Shown here: positions 1 to 23,142 of the stretch, in pieces
Numbering within the stretch: the first letter of the stretch is position 1
Layout of the letters: each line of letters starts with the position of its first letter
Assembly (NCBI RefSeq): GCF_009914755.1
Contig: NC_060935.1
Direction: 5' to 3' (one strand)
DNA length: 64,000 nucleotides
Origin: the human T2T-CHM13v2.0 reference genome, Homo sapiens
Notes under the pieces: model-generated
The model's input: the letters and a program-made list of their open reading frames with translations, nothing else
The model's database searches: none
Told to the model about the DNA's origin: nothing
Program-made: the position numbers and the translations under genes

Positions 1-104
1 ACCAGGAGTTTGAGGCTGCAGTGAGATATGATTGCACCACTGTACTCCAGACTGGGTGACAAGAGCGAGACCCTATCTTAAAAAAAAAAAATACTCCAAA
101 ACAT

Positions 105-300
105 AATGGCCTAAAATAACAACCATTTGTTTTCTCTCGTTTCTGTGGACCATGAATTCAGACAGCATGGTGGGTATGGCTTGTCTCTGCTCCATGATGT
201 CTGGGGTCTCAGCTGGAGTGGTTGAAGGTTGGGGACTGGAATCACCTGAGGCCTTTTTACCCATATTTGTATCTGGACTGAGCCTGGAATTTGATTGCTT
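105..300 (-). mobile_element. MaLR (MLT1-like) LTR fragment
   Basis: Resembles MLT1 segments 'ggcttgtctctgctccatgatgtctggggtctcagctgg' and 'ctggaatcacctgaggc'. Confidence 0.55.
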
Positions 301-314
301 CAAAATATTTTCAC

Positions 315-754
315 GGCTGGGTGTGATGGCTCACGCCTGTAATCCCAGCACTTTGAGAGGCTGAGTCTGGCCGTCTGCTTGAGCCCAGGAGTCAGCAACC
401 AGCCTAGGCAACATAGGGAGACCTAGTCTCTACGAAAAAAAAAAAATACAACAATTTGCTGGGCGTGGTCGCCTGCGCCTGTAATCCCAGCACTTTGGGA
501 GGCCGAGGAGGGAGGCTCACTTGAGTCCAGGAGTTCAAGACCAGTCTGGCCAACATGGTGAAACCCCGTCTCCACAAAAAATACAAAAATTATCTGGTTG
601 TGGAGGCTTTCGCCTGTAGTCTCAGCTACTGGGATGGCTGGGGAGGGAGGATCGCTTGAGCCCTGATGGTCGAGATTACAGTGAGCTGTGGTCACGTCAC
701 TGCACTCCAGCTTGGGTGACAGAGTGAGACCTTGTCTCAAAAAAAAAAAAAAAA
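315..754 (+). mobile_element. Composite Alu (left-left-right monomers)
   Basis: Two successive left-arm sequences, then a right arm and poly(A). Confidence 0.85.
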
Positions 755-839
755 TCCTAAAATATTTTCATGAGTTTGTGCTGGGTAGGCCTAAGGGAAA
801 CATGCTCAGTAAATCGAAAAATCTCGGATTACACATAAA

Positions 840-1550
840 CCACCGGCCCCGGCAGGTTAGACTTGGTGGACACGGGAGCCAGCAGCGTGTCAGGTGCTCG
901 TTGACCCCAGCGCCAGTGTCTCCATCCACGTCCTTCACTCGTCAACCTTTCCTGGCCCAGGCTGCGGTGTCCCAGCGCCAGGCTCCGCCCCGCCCTTGGC
1001 TGCCGGCCAATCGCCGCCGACTGAGAGGCGACTATTGGAGGAAGCGGGATGGGCGGTGCCCGCGCCGGGCCGCTAGGGGTGCGGGGTTGGGGAGGAGGCC
1101 GCTAGTCTACGCCTGTGGAGCCGATACTCAGCCCTCTGCGACCATGGCTGTGCTGGCGGCACTTCTGCGCAGCGGCGCCCGCAGCCGCAGCCCCCTGCTC
1201 CGGAGGCTGGTGCAGGTGAGCGGGGTTCGTCCCCACAGCACTCAGACCCGGGATGCGAGGAGTCCCCGCCTCGGAAGCTTCCAGCCCGCGGCCGTTGCGG
1301 CTCCCGCGGCCCGGGCGCGCGGCTTAGGCCCCAGGACAGTCACGCGACGGGTTCTGGTCCAAAAACCGCCTAAGTGCTCCGATAACACCCAGGGACTCGC
1401 CTATTTTTACAGCGCGTTTCTACTTCCAAGGTCTCGGCGTAATCATCTTAATGAGCGTTACTGGTGTGTCAAACAAGGGCACGTGTCTGGGCGGGCAGGA
1501 CCGCCAGGATTGGCGCTGGCCCGGCCTGAGCGGTGGGATCGGGGAGAGTC
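840..1550 (+). promoter_or_regulatory. ACAT1: CpG-island promoter of ACAT1 (TATA-less)
   Basis: High GC and CpG density spanning exon 1. GC boxes at ~984-995 and 1051-1056, CCAAT 1007-1011, inverted CCAAT (ATTGG) 1034-1038, TTGGC-N5-GCCAA 996-1010, E-box CACGTG 1480-1485. Confidence 0.9.
1144..1215 (+). CDS. ACAT1: ACAT1 exon 1 coding part; mitochondrial targeting peptide MAVLAALLRSGARSRSPLLRRLVQ
   Basis: Kozak context accATGG; Arg/Leu/Ser-rich presequence without acidic residues; donor CAG|gtgagc at 1216. Confidence 0.98.
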
Positions 1551-2454
1551 TCTTTGCAGGCCTGTGCAGCTGCTCCCGAGATTTTCTTTAAAACATATTT
1601 GTGTGCGTTATTGTCAGGAGAGGTTCCTTTTCTTTTTTAATACAATAGATAATCATTGGGCATACAAGGGGAGAGGGCACCATGTGATCATAACAGATGT
1701 TTTTTGGAGCAGCCTGAAATTTATCAGGGAAAACAAATGACTACTCAGATAATACAATAAATTATACTTGACATATGAGCAAAGCTCACATACTGAGGGC
1801 GTTCCAAGGGCTGTCGCTCTTCTGACCGTTGTGTTTAGGGAACACAGCAGGGGCAGAGTCTCAAAGAATTTATTCTCCACATGCGTAAGCAAGGGAGTAC
1901 GCACCACAGATTGTCAGGCAAAGCCTCAGGAATAGGTAGAGACCTTCAGGGTGTGGTTGGTGAAGCTTGAGTTTTCTAGGTCGATGGGGGCAATAAGCTT
2001 GGAGATCCAGTTATGTTGTGAGTATGGACTTGACCCTAGTTAAGTAGGGATTGTTGATATGTTTGTTTTTGTTGCAATGGTAGGTCACTCTAGTTCTTAC
2101 GTCTGGGCGTAGAATAACATTACTTGCACAAGGGTGCTGGCGGTAGGAGCTTTGCAAGAGATTGTAAAAGAACCAGTCTAGGACTTGACAATTAGGGAGT
2201 GAGGGTGCGAAGCCAAGGGAAAAGAAAGAGTCTAAAATTGATCCTGGGTGACTGAGATAATAGAAAAGTCACAAGGCGTAGGTTTCCAGGGAAGATGAGT
2301 TTTTAGCCTATTTGTTAGTCTCATGGGATGAGTGAAGAAATCACAAGAAAGTAATTAGGTTATCTTGGGTTTCAGTCAGTATTGACTAGGTGACATAGGT
2401 GAACTAGGTACTCTAGAGATGTAAAAAAAAAAAGTTCAGAACCTTCTTAATTTA

Positions 2455-2915
<461 letters not shown>

Positions 2916-3489
2916 TCATTTACTGAACTATAAACAGGATTTCCAGTTTTCTGTGCTATTTTGTAGAATGGAATTTGACCTCTCATTACATTGGCTCTTT
3001 TCCCTTTGCTTACCAGGTCTCTTTTATGGTCAACAAATCTTTATGGACTTTATTGGAGCACATTGCCTTTCTAGCTCTAATCACTTTTCTCTCTCTGGTC
3101 AAAGGAGTGGTCTTTACTCATTACCTCCCATGTATTCTGCATCTATTTCTCCTTAACTCTCTGCAGTTAAATTTCTTTGCCACTGAAGCTGAAAAATACA
3201 GTGATTTCCTTTTTCTTTGTTTTTTAATTATTTTTTTAAATCTATTTTAATTTTAGTTTTTGTAGACACGGGGTCTGGTTCTGTTGGCCAGGCTGGTCTT
3301 GAACTCCTGGCCTGCCAAAGTGCTGGGATTACAGGTGTGAGCCATTGTGCTCAGCCCAAGTTTTTTCTTCTTGACCTTTATCCTATATTTGACACTATTG
3401 ACCACTCCCTTCTTGAAACTGTTTTGTGTTTTGATCCAGTTTTATTCAGCTTCTTTTAATACTCAGACTTAAAAAAAAATTCCTGTATT

Positions 3490-4143
<654 letters not shown>

Positions 4144-5186
4144 TAGTACACTCAGTTCCCCCGCAGCCAGAGTGGTCTTTTTATAACATAAAAGCTTTCA
4201 GTGGCTTGTCATTGCCCATAGGCCAGAATCTAGACCCTTATGATCTGCTGGGCCCTACTTAGTTCTGTGGCCTCAGCTGCTGCCGTGCTCACTCTGCTTT
4301 TGCCACAGGACCCTTCTTTCTATACTTAGTATGTGTGCCAATTTTGTTCCGAATTCGTGGCCTTAGTCCTACGTGTTCCTGATGCCTCAAATGTTCTTTT
4401 CCTGGATCTTTCCAAGGATGACTCTTTAACATTCATTTCTCAGCTCCATTAACATTGCTAGAAGGCCTTTTTTGACTCTCCCATGTAAAGTAGGCCGTCA
4501 GTTACTCTCTAGTTCATGATCAATTTTGCTGGTTTCATAACATTTACTGTAGCTGAAATTTTGTTTCTCTGAGTTATTGGTAACTTTCAGACTGTCTTCA
4601 AATATTTGTTTTGTGTCTGCTGCCATCACTGGGATAGAAAATAAATAAAATCAGTCTCTTCTTGGAATTCACAGTCTAGTGAGGAGAAAAGCCACCTGAG
4701 GGTTACAAAATTATATATTCTGGAACAATTAGAATGTGCACGGGCGTTGTGGAAGCTGAGATAGGAGTGCTGACCTCTGCCTGGCATGGCTGAGCCCTCC
4801 CTGAAAGATAATTGTGTTATGTAGATAAAACTTAATGGGTTGTGTTCATTCAGCATGTATTATTATACACTATATGGTTCAGTGTCCTGACCATACTATA
4901 ATTTTGTCATTCGTTTCTGATATTGAAGGAGCGCTAGGCACTGTGCTAAGTCATAGGGATGTAACAGTGAGCAAGAGACACCATCCCGCCATCAGGAAGC
5001 CTGTATTATGTTGGAGGGGTGGATAATAAAACAAAGATGTGAACCACATACTTACAGTGTAAGAGGTGCTTTGAAGGAAATAAAGATATTCATATAAAAG
5101 AGAGGAAAAAGTAGAGGGTAACTTTAAATAGAGTAGTTAGGGTGGACCACTCTGGGAATGTGTCATTAGAAAAGACATGAAGAATA

Positions 5187-5843
<657 letters not shown>

Positions 5844-6299
5844 TGAGGAGACTATTACTGGCAGAGGCACACTGCAGAGACCTTGAGGTATCGGGATAGG
5901 GTTTAGAACAAAGAGATGCCAGTGGCTGGCACAGAGCAAGAGTGATGTAAATTTGGAGAGAAAACCTAGAGCCAGATCATGCAGGTTCTTGGAGGATGAG
6001 GTAAAGAATTTGTATATAATTCCAAGAGCAATGAAAAGCTGTTAAATTATTTTAAGCAGTAGAGTGATATGATCTGATTTACATTTTTCAAAGCTGGAGG
6101 GACTGTAGAGAGGTGTCAGGGGAGGCAGGGAACTAGGTAGAAGGCCATTAATAGGAACAAGAGATGGTGGCTTGGACTAGGTGGCAGCAGTAGACATGAG
6201 GCAGAGTGGACGAATTTAGTTATGTTTTGGACGCTGTTCACAGTATCTGGATTTTAGGGATTGCAATAAAGGGAAGGATGAAGGATGATTTTGGCTTGA

Positions 6300-7109
<810 letters not shown>

Positions 7110-7416
7110 TCATAAATGCTTTTTAAAGCCATGGGACTGGATATAACTAAGGATATAGTGAAGTTAAATTAAAAGAGGCCTGGAACAAAGCCCTGGGACA
7201 TTCAGCACTTGGAGGTTGGAAGGGGAAGATGAGATAGTAAAGGAGACTGAGGTAAATATGACTAATGAGGTAGGAAGGAGTCCACGTTTGTAATGGAAGC
7301 CAAGACAAGGAAGGGTTTCTGCAGTGGATTATACATATTACCTCATTTTATTCTCATAACAGCCTGTGGAGGGTATTTAAGAAAACCAAGGTAAGTGTGT
7401 CTAAGTAACTTGCTCA

Positions 7417-7590
<174 letters not shown>

Positions 7591-7711
7591 TTAACTGCTC
7601 AGCATATTTCTCAAAGAAAGGTGAGCCCAGTCTTGCTGATGTGTTAAAAGGTTAAGTGAGACAATTATAGCGAGTTGGATTTTGCTACACAGACATTGCT
7701 GATGTTGCTCA

Positions 7712-8158
<447 letters not shown>

Positions 8159-8423
8159 TTATTTGTTTTTACTTTGTTTTTTAGGTGGGGGGAATCAGAT
8201 CCTGTTTGTATGCTTATGGAATTATCCAGAAGTAAAAGGGGTGAATGATGTAGAGGAGAAGGAAGGGATAACTGTGCCATCTTTGAAAAGGCAACTGGAA
8301 ATGGGATCCAGAGTAAAGTGGAGAGAACCAGGGAAGATTCCATTAAACTGGACCAGAAGCTTGAAAGAAGAGAAGTGGCTTAGTAAACAAGGAACAAACT
8401 AGCTAAGTAGAAAGGGGGCTTTT

Positions 8424-9303
<880 letters not shown>

Positions 9304-9953
9304 AGAAAGGGGACTTTTTGAAGAGATACAATGGGCAAGCACTAGGACATCCAAGGATAGGAAATAAAGTGCAGCTGGCTGGGTACAGGGATGTGTGCCT
9401 GTAGTCGCAGATACTTGGGAGGCTGAGGCAGGAGGATTGCTTGAGTCCAGGAGTTCTGGTTTATTTTTTATTTTTATATATGAAAATTTTCAAACAAAAT
9501 AAATTGCAACTGACCCTGCCAGAACCCAAGCTAGAAAATCACTAACCAAAGCCATCTTTTGCCTCTTGTGGTGTGCCATGGTCTATTTCTCCTGTCTCTG
9601 AGTATATATGTTGCATTCTTTTGCTTCTCAGTGTATTCATGGCTTTTCTCTTTGTTCTAACCGCTGCTTTTCTGTGGCATTGGCTGGTCAGCTCCAGCCC
9701 CTTTTGACTTTTCAGTCCCAGTCCCCACCGTCATCCAACTGACCCAGTCTCTCTGGGTCCTAGCTTGGGTGAGTCCATTCCATTCTTGATCCCATCAGCT
9801 CTGGCCAGAGGCAGGGGAGTCACCTTGTAAGTACTTAGGGTTGTCCTTTGAGAAAGACATGTGTTTGGAGAGGCAGTGACCGGCATGTTTACTACAAGTA
9901 GGAACTTTTTTTTTTGTAAGTTTTTAAATTATTATTTTTTAAATTTATTATCA

Positions 9954-11260
<1,307 letters not shown>

Positions 11261-11457
11261 TAGTTAATCAGAAAAGTTTATTATAAAGCAGTCATTTTTT
11301 TCTAATTGTTAAAAGTGATATATTCTGACCACAAAAAACTTGGAAATAAAAGCATAAGGATGCAGGAAGAAACCACTATAACCTTATCACTGAGAAATAT
11401 AAAATGATATAGTTTAATATTTTTTACATTATAACATTATAAATATTTATATTACAG

Positions 11458-11505
11458 GAAATAAGATATGTGGAACGGAGTTATGTATCAAAACCCACTT
11501 TGAAG
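11458..11505 (+). CDS. ACAT1: ACAT1 exon 2 (EIRYVERSYVSKPTLK)
   Basis: ttacag| acceptor, AAG|gtaagt donor, 48 nt, in frame. Confidence 0.97.
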
Positions 11506-12123
11506 GTAAGTAATTTAAATTGTGCTTTAAAATTTCCAGAATTTAAAGGAAATGTCAATAAAAATGCATATACTTATGATTTGGATACATGTGAAAGTCA
11601 AAGCAGGATTATGTAACAGTTAGGAATAGCTAACTATTCAAATATTCAGTTAAAGTAGATGACTATAATAGAAAAACATGTCAGTTAGTCTCTGCCAATG
11701 TTTGTTGCTTCCTTATAGTCTGCTACAAAACAACATTCCCTCTAGAACTGGGCAGTGTTCTTCTTTTACTCACAGGGACTCGCATTGTATTGTGTGTGGT
11801 ACAAGCAGAGACTGTATAGAAGATCCTAGAAGAGAGGGAGTGGACCAGTTGGGAATTAGACAAGGAGGGCCATTACAGCATCTCCTAGGACCTTCTGAAG
11901 AGTCTCTGTTTTGTAAGGGTCACTAAAGTGACTTAGTTAAGATCTTCTATCAAAATCTAAGCAACCATTCTGTTATTTATCTCTAAACTTAATAGGAGAT
12001 TGTGGAAGACAAGTGTAAGGAGAGAACTGTCACAGTGCTGTTTTATAGTATTCAAGAGAGCTTTTATCTTCTTTTGCTTAAAGTTCATATTATTGTCTTA
12101 CTGTTTAAGAAATTATGGCTCTG

Positions 12124-12752
<629 letters not shown>

Positions 12753-13333
12753 GAAATTCTGGCCCTGGCTCTGTCCTAGTTAAGTGGTATTGCCCCACCT
12801 AGGATACAGGTCTTGATTCCTAGCCAGAGTTCCTTTCAGTAAGGGACCCTCTTAGAGTTGTTTATTATGCAGTTAACAAGAGTAAAGTGGCTGAGTGTGG
12901 TGGCTCATACCCTTAATCCTAGCACTTTGGTAGGCTGAGGCAGAAGGATTGCTTGAGCTGAGGAGTTTGAGCTGCAATGAGCTATGATTGTGCCACTGCA
13001 TTCCAGCCTGGGCAGCTGAGCAAGACCCTGTCTCAAAAACAAAAATACAAAAACAAACAAAAAAACAAGGTACAGTGATCATTTCTTGAATTTTGACTGA
13101 GGAATAGAAAGGAAACTTAAGCTTCTGTCCTCAAACCTCCTGTAGAGAACTGGGAAGGATCTACATCTGTTTTAGAGTTGGTTTCTATAAGGTCTTAAAT
13201 CATAAAGCACTAGCATTGAACTGATTATCTTGACAGCTGTTCAACTATTGAGATTAATTTTTGATGACTCATTCATAGAAGTGTTTTTTTGATAATATAT
13301 TTATGTTTATTTAATGAAATACGATTTGGGTAA

Positions 13334-13492
<159 letters not shown>

Positions 13493-13727
13493 TAGTTACT
13501 TGGCTTTTTGTGTTAAGGGAGCAAAAAGATTCCATGGAAAAGATATTTATTTTGCATTAACTATGTATGTAACACTTAGAAATAACTTAATGCCTACATT
13601 TCTGCTTTCCCTTGTAAAGAAGTCTTTGTACTATACAGTTTAGATTGAAACTCAAAACTGACAAAAAAAAGAAACCATTCCTATTGTGTAATGTCACCTA
13701 CCTTATTAGGTAATCACTGATTATTAA

Positions 13728-14542
<815 letters not shown>

Positions 14543-14673
14543 TTAAGCTTAAATGAAATATTAAATGCATGATATAATTTGTAGTTATATTGGCAGAAGA
14601 AATGTTGTAGTTTATAGTAACATGCTCTATTAAGTTCTGCAGTTGTGTTTGAGTATCGGTTTTTCAAAAGTGA

Positions 14674-14817
<144 letters not shown>

Positions 14818-15122
14818 TAATCAGAGTAATACCTAGGGCTAAAAGACACAAAAATCTAGGCATATTCATATTTTAGAAATGAGATTCTTTCTCATAAGTT
14901 AGTATGTTTTCTCACATGCTCAAGAGTGTCTGGATTTGCTAAGTCCATTTGAAGTATGGTCAAAATGATAGCGTAGGCTGGGTATCATGTCTGTAAGCAC
15001 TTGGGAAGGTCGAGGCAGGAGGATCCCAGGAGTTTGAGACCAGCGTAGGCAACATAGCAAGCGAGACTCTGCTCTTTGAAAAAAAAAAAAGCCTAAGTGT
15101 CTTGTGTTACAAAGTTGTTTTT

Positions 15123-15389
<267 letters not shown>

Positions 15390-15617
15390 TTAGTCAAGGC
15401 ATTTGGGTCTTTCTCTGAGGCTGGGTGACTAAAAATTCATAAATACTGTATTTGCCAGAATAAGACAGGTTTTCATTATAAAGGAGAACACGGTGCTTAA
15501 CCCTGGGAATCAAATCATTGCTTGAGCCCAGGCTTGATGACTAATTTGTAGTCATTAAGTTAAGTTCTACAGGCTTTCTAATTAGCCTTGCTGATCTATA
15601 TCTTGTCTTTACTTGAG

Positions 15618-15671
15618 ATCAAGCAAGAGACAGGCTCCTTAGCAAAAATATGCTGTCATGTCAGGAGGTGA
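15618..15671 (+). CDS. ACAT1: ACAT1 alternative terminal exon in intron 5 (IKQETGSLAKICCHVRR*), giving a 162-aa truncated isoform
   Basis: Pyrimidine tract tcttgtctttacttgag|, in frame with exon 5, TGA at 15669-15671, AATAAA at 16315-16320. The peptide matches my recollection of an annotated short isoform. Confidence 0.7.
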   Translation: MKQETGSLAKICCHVRR

Positions 15672-17207
15672 GACCTGGACACACAGAAGAATCAAGATTC
15701 TCTCAGATCTGAGCCCTTCATTTTTCAGATGAAGATTTTTTTCAGTGTGTCTGAGACAGCCACAGAGTTACAGGGCTGAGCATCTGCCATGTGACAGTCA
15801 TTGGAAATAGAGTGGTGAACAAAACATTTAAAAAAATCTGTACATGTGCAGGTCTCTGTTGGAAAAATGCCTAAAAGAAATGCTGAGTCAGGATTTGAAC
15901 ATTTTGGTATTTGCAAATGCTTTCCATAAAAGTTGTACCAGTTAGACTTTCCAAAAATTGTGTGACTTGTCTGGATCTGCACCACCACTGGGTGGTACCA
16001 AACCCTTGTCAAACTGGTAGGTGAAAAACGGTCACCAGATTTAGTTTCAGAACTGTTTGTCATGGAAAGTTTTGTCTTAATTGAAGTATTGTGGTTCTCT
16101 AGCAAATGCCATTTGTACTATATTGAAATACTTTCATTTAATATTATTTTATTCATTTGTGGATATATACAGTGACTTATAGGCATTCTTGGAAGTGCTT
16201 TGTTTTGAATATTTATGACCTTAGAAAACAGTCAGTTTTACTTTATAATGAAGAATTGATACCTTATTTTCTGTCACTTATTATTGCCATCACCCCCAGT
16301 AAAAAGTACAAGTGAATAAAACTTAGATGAGAACTGATTAAGAATTTCTCTATTTCGGAATAGGCAAAATATTTATGTTTCTTTGGTATAGAGCTTGCTT
16401 GTCTGTATGCCTGATTAAAGACTGTAAGAAGATATTATTGGCTTTATGTTTACATTAATGTTTTATATTAAACTGTTTTTAACTAGCCCTTATAATGCAA
16501 GTGATTTTTTTTTGTTGACTTGTAAAGTAGTAACAAGTTGATTAATATTTATTAAACTTCTATATGCCAGTTGCCAAGGATGTAAAAATATGACAGGGTG
16601 TCTGGCCTCAAAGGAGCATAGTCTAGTGGGAAGACTTGACATGTAAACATATAATAATATTAAAAGCATTGCATAGTAATTGGGGAACACAAAGGAGGAG
16701 AAACTGTTTCAAGAAAGGATAGAAATAAATGGTCAAGGCAGACATGAAGTAGTGTTCTGATTAGTTTTAAGAGAAATGTAGGTGTTTTACATGTTGGTGG
16801 ATGGGGAAAGTGCAGAGGTATGTGTGTGAAATGTGCATGGTGTCTCTGGAGAGCTTTAACTAGTTCCATGTGACCTGAGGTATAGGTTAGGCTGTGAGAC
16901 TGAAAAAGGGGAGAGAAGGGATACTGTAAAGGCTTTATATATTATGCTGAGTTATCTAAGGTGCGAAATGATCAGACTTACATTCTAGCCAAAATGAGTC
17001 AGATGAGTGTTGATGATGCTTTGGTGGAAAGGCTGCATGTCAGAAGATCAAGTGGAAAATTATCTCAGCTGTCCAGGAAGAGATGATGAGGATCTCAGTC
17101 AAGGAAGTATGATTATTTTCATAAACTGAGATTACTTCTAATCTTCTAGAGCACATTAAATTTTTAGCAGCATGAATGAAATGAAGGGTTAGAAGTTAAG
17201 AATTTCA

Positions 17208-18246
<1,039 letters not shown>

Positions 18247-18384
18247 AACTTATTTCTCATTATATTATTTAACACCATTTCTTTTCATCAGGGTGAAGTG
18301 GTAAAGAGGGTACTTCCTGTATTCACTGTGTAACAAATGTTTAATAAATGCATGTAGAATACTTGTTTGGTGGTAGCTGTATAA

Positions 18385-18612
<228 letters not shown>

Positions 18613-18858
18613 TAAATGCTATCTAATGTCCAATACTGTTTGATTTTTCTTACTCTATGTACTTTACAAACTGAACTGAAAGATGGGCTCTATAAATGTT
18701 GATTTTAGCCGTGTACTTTTGGAGAATATTTTTGTATGCCTATTGCATCGGCATGGCTCAGTCATTAAAGAAATTTTCCCACATTTAAATAGGGTAATTT
18801 CTGACGCTTAGCTGGCAACTGCTTGGCTAATTCAAGTATGTGAAGATAAGACATGAGT

Positions 18859-19500
<642 letters not shown>

Positions 19501-19614
19501 TAAGAAATATATTTTAAGAAACGTTAACTATTAAACACTATAAGTTAGGCAAAGTTAATAGATATTTTCTAAATTATGCAAAGTTAACTTTAAAATATTT
19601 CAACTTTTTATCAG

Positions 19615-19765
19615 GGCAGCTGTGCTGAGAATACAGCAAAGAAGCTGAATATTGCACGAAATGAACAGGACGCTTATGCTATTAATTCTTATACCAGAAG
19701 TAAAGCAGCATGGGAAGCTGGGAAATTTGGAAATGAAGTTATTCCTGTCACAGTTACAGTAAAAG
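19615..19765 (+). CDS. ACAT1: ACAT1 exon 7 ([26 protein letters not shown]...)
   Basis: tcag| and |gtagag; 151 nt; frame continuous. Confidence 0.97.
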
Positions 19766-20381
19766 GTAGAGATAATGTTCCAAAAAGGATGAATAGACTT
19801 TTCATGTTGCTGAATGTTTTATGCTTAAGTTTTAAATTAGGACATTATCTTGGTTCATTTCAACTGCTTATGGTTAATAAAAAGTGAAGAGTTGCCAGTT
19901 CAGAGAGAATATAAATCTACCCAACTTAATGTCAGATTTCAATCCATTTATAAGATCCCTGAGTATTACTTTAAATTTGAGAAATTTATTAGAACTTTTT
20001 CCTGTGACAGTCAATACGGTATTTTAAATTGAAAAGGGATTTACTAGAAGGTTACCGGGAGTGCCTCCAAGAACTGAAGGATGAACAGTAGCAACCATTC
20101 AGCTCTGGGAACTTCAGGGATTGGAACTGGGTGTTCACTACTACTAAGACATGCTCTCTTGGCTTCTCACACCTGCAGGCTTTTGTGCTTTATTCTCTCA
20201 GCCTTTCTAAAGTTGCTGCCTCTACCTCTAGGGTCACATATATAGGGTTCTCAAAAAGGAGAGACTTTCTCACCAGTTCCAGCAGAATAAATCCACAATG
20301 AAGACTCATTAACTTGCTTTAGGTTACAATTCTATTCCAGGAATGATTACTGTGCTCTAGGTGACAGAATACTAGAGCTTA

Positions 20382-20940
<559 letters not shown>

Positions 20941-21149
20941 TTGTGAAGCTACTTTGTAAGTTTCTCTTTTTAAGATGGTAACATAATAGAGGTTATAGTT
21001 AACAGATTCTAGATGAGTGTTTACTTGGGATGGTTTAAGTGAAGCAGGGATACAAAGGGAGGCACAGACTACTAGGCATCTTGTACAACAGTTGCTTGCT
21101 GAATGACTACTTGTTTTGAGCGATTTTACTTAAAATATTTTTATTTTAG

Positions 21150-21245
21150 GTCAACCAGATGTAGTGGTGAAAGAAGATGAAGAATATAAACGTGTTGATT
21201 TTAGCAAAGTTCCAAAGCTGAAGACAGTTTTCCAGAAAGAAAATG
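21150..21245 (+). CDS. ACAT1: ACAT1 exon 8 ([31 protein letters not shown])
   Basis: ttag| and |gttagt; 96 nt. Confidence 0.97.
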
Positions 21246-21948
21246 GTTAGTGTTAAGAAATGAAGCATAAGAAAAAATTGAGCCAGTATACCATATCTAG
21301 TTCTTAGAATTGCCTAAGGATTTTGAAAAAGTAATTCTAGAAAACATCTAGATGTTATTTAACATTTTCAGTATATCAGGCTCATGTAAAATTGTTTTGG
21401 TAGTTTATACCTTCAATATATAAATCCCAGGGAAGATATGTATAACATGACTATAGAATTCAGTTTTTCATATGTAGCAGTCTATGATAGGGTCTTCATT
21501 GGCATTGAAAAAAACAGATTTATTGATATAATTTATATACCATAATAACATTCTTCTATTTAAAGTGGTTTGGTAGTTTTTAACATTCATTTATATTTAT
21601 CTCCAGGTGATTCTAGATAAGAATAAATATCTGATTTGAAAAATATGTAGTGAGTACCTGCTATATATTGAATAAGGAAAGTTAGACCCTGGAGACAAAA
21701 ATATTAACTGGTCCCTATGTTTCAAGAGTTGTAGACGAGCATTTATCCAGTGCCATCATGCATGTTTGTGATGTTTGAGAAAACTGTTTTATGTACACAA
21801 AAAGGCATTCTTACATTGTCTTGCAGTTAGCTGTGTACATGTTTCCTGAGGGCAGGAATTGTCTCCACCCATATTTGTAATTTCTTTAAACATTTAGCAG
21901 CCCAGGCAATAGGTATTTGTTGAATTGAACCAAATACATTTATTGTGA

Positions 21949-22421
<473 letters not shown>

Positions 22422-22579
22422 TCATGAAATTGAGTTTACTTGTTAGATATAGCCAACTCCAATATTAAGTATTACTACCTAGGTTGTACTTGTGGCAGAA
22501 TTTAATTGATACATATTTCAATTGAGATAGAAGCTCCTTTAATATTTTCATTATACTTTATATAAGATTAAGCTTTAAG

Positions 22580-22826
22580 GGCTGGGCACAGTGGTTCACG
22601 CCTGTAACCCCAGCATTTTGGGAGGATAAGGCAGGATTGCTTGAGGCCTGGAGTTTGAGACCAGCCTGGGCAACACAGTGAGACCCCACCTCTGAAAGAA
22701 AAAAATTAGCCAGGTGTGGTAGCATGCCTGTAGTCCCAGTTACGTAGGAGGCTAAGGCTGACGATCATTTGAGCCCAAGATGTCAAAGCTGCAGCCAGCC
22801 TAGGCAACAGAGCAAGATCTTGTCTC
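22580..22826 (+). mobile_element. AluJ, diverged
   Basis: Alu consensus; attaagctttaa on both flanks. Confidence 0.8.
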
Positions 22827-23142
22827 TTTTTCTTTTTTTTTAAATTAAGCTTTAAAAAACTTCCTGTCCTGTATGATAAATAGCAGAAAATAAAGTACAT
22901 GCATTTTCCTACAGAGGCAGCTATGTAGGAAAAAAAGAATATGGGATTAGGAGTCCAGAAATACAAAATTTACATGTGTGGTGTTTTAGTATTTATTAAC
23001 TCTGTGGCCTTGGGCAAGTTCTCAATGTCCTTAAGCCGATTTTTAGCTGCAGAAATCTGTCTTGCCTTCTTCCTAAGGACTTAACAGATGCTATTTTGTT
23101 ACTTTATAAAAAGCCTTATAACTTCATTTTTTTTCTTAGCTT

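Noticed and set aside
688-1740. 350-aa ORF
   Set aside because: It starts inside an Alu and runs through the stop-poor CpG island, ACAT1 exon 1 and intron 1. Only 1144-1215 is real coding sequence.
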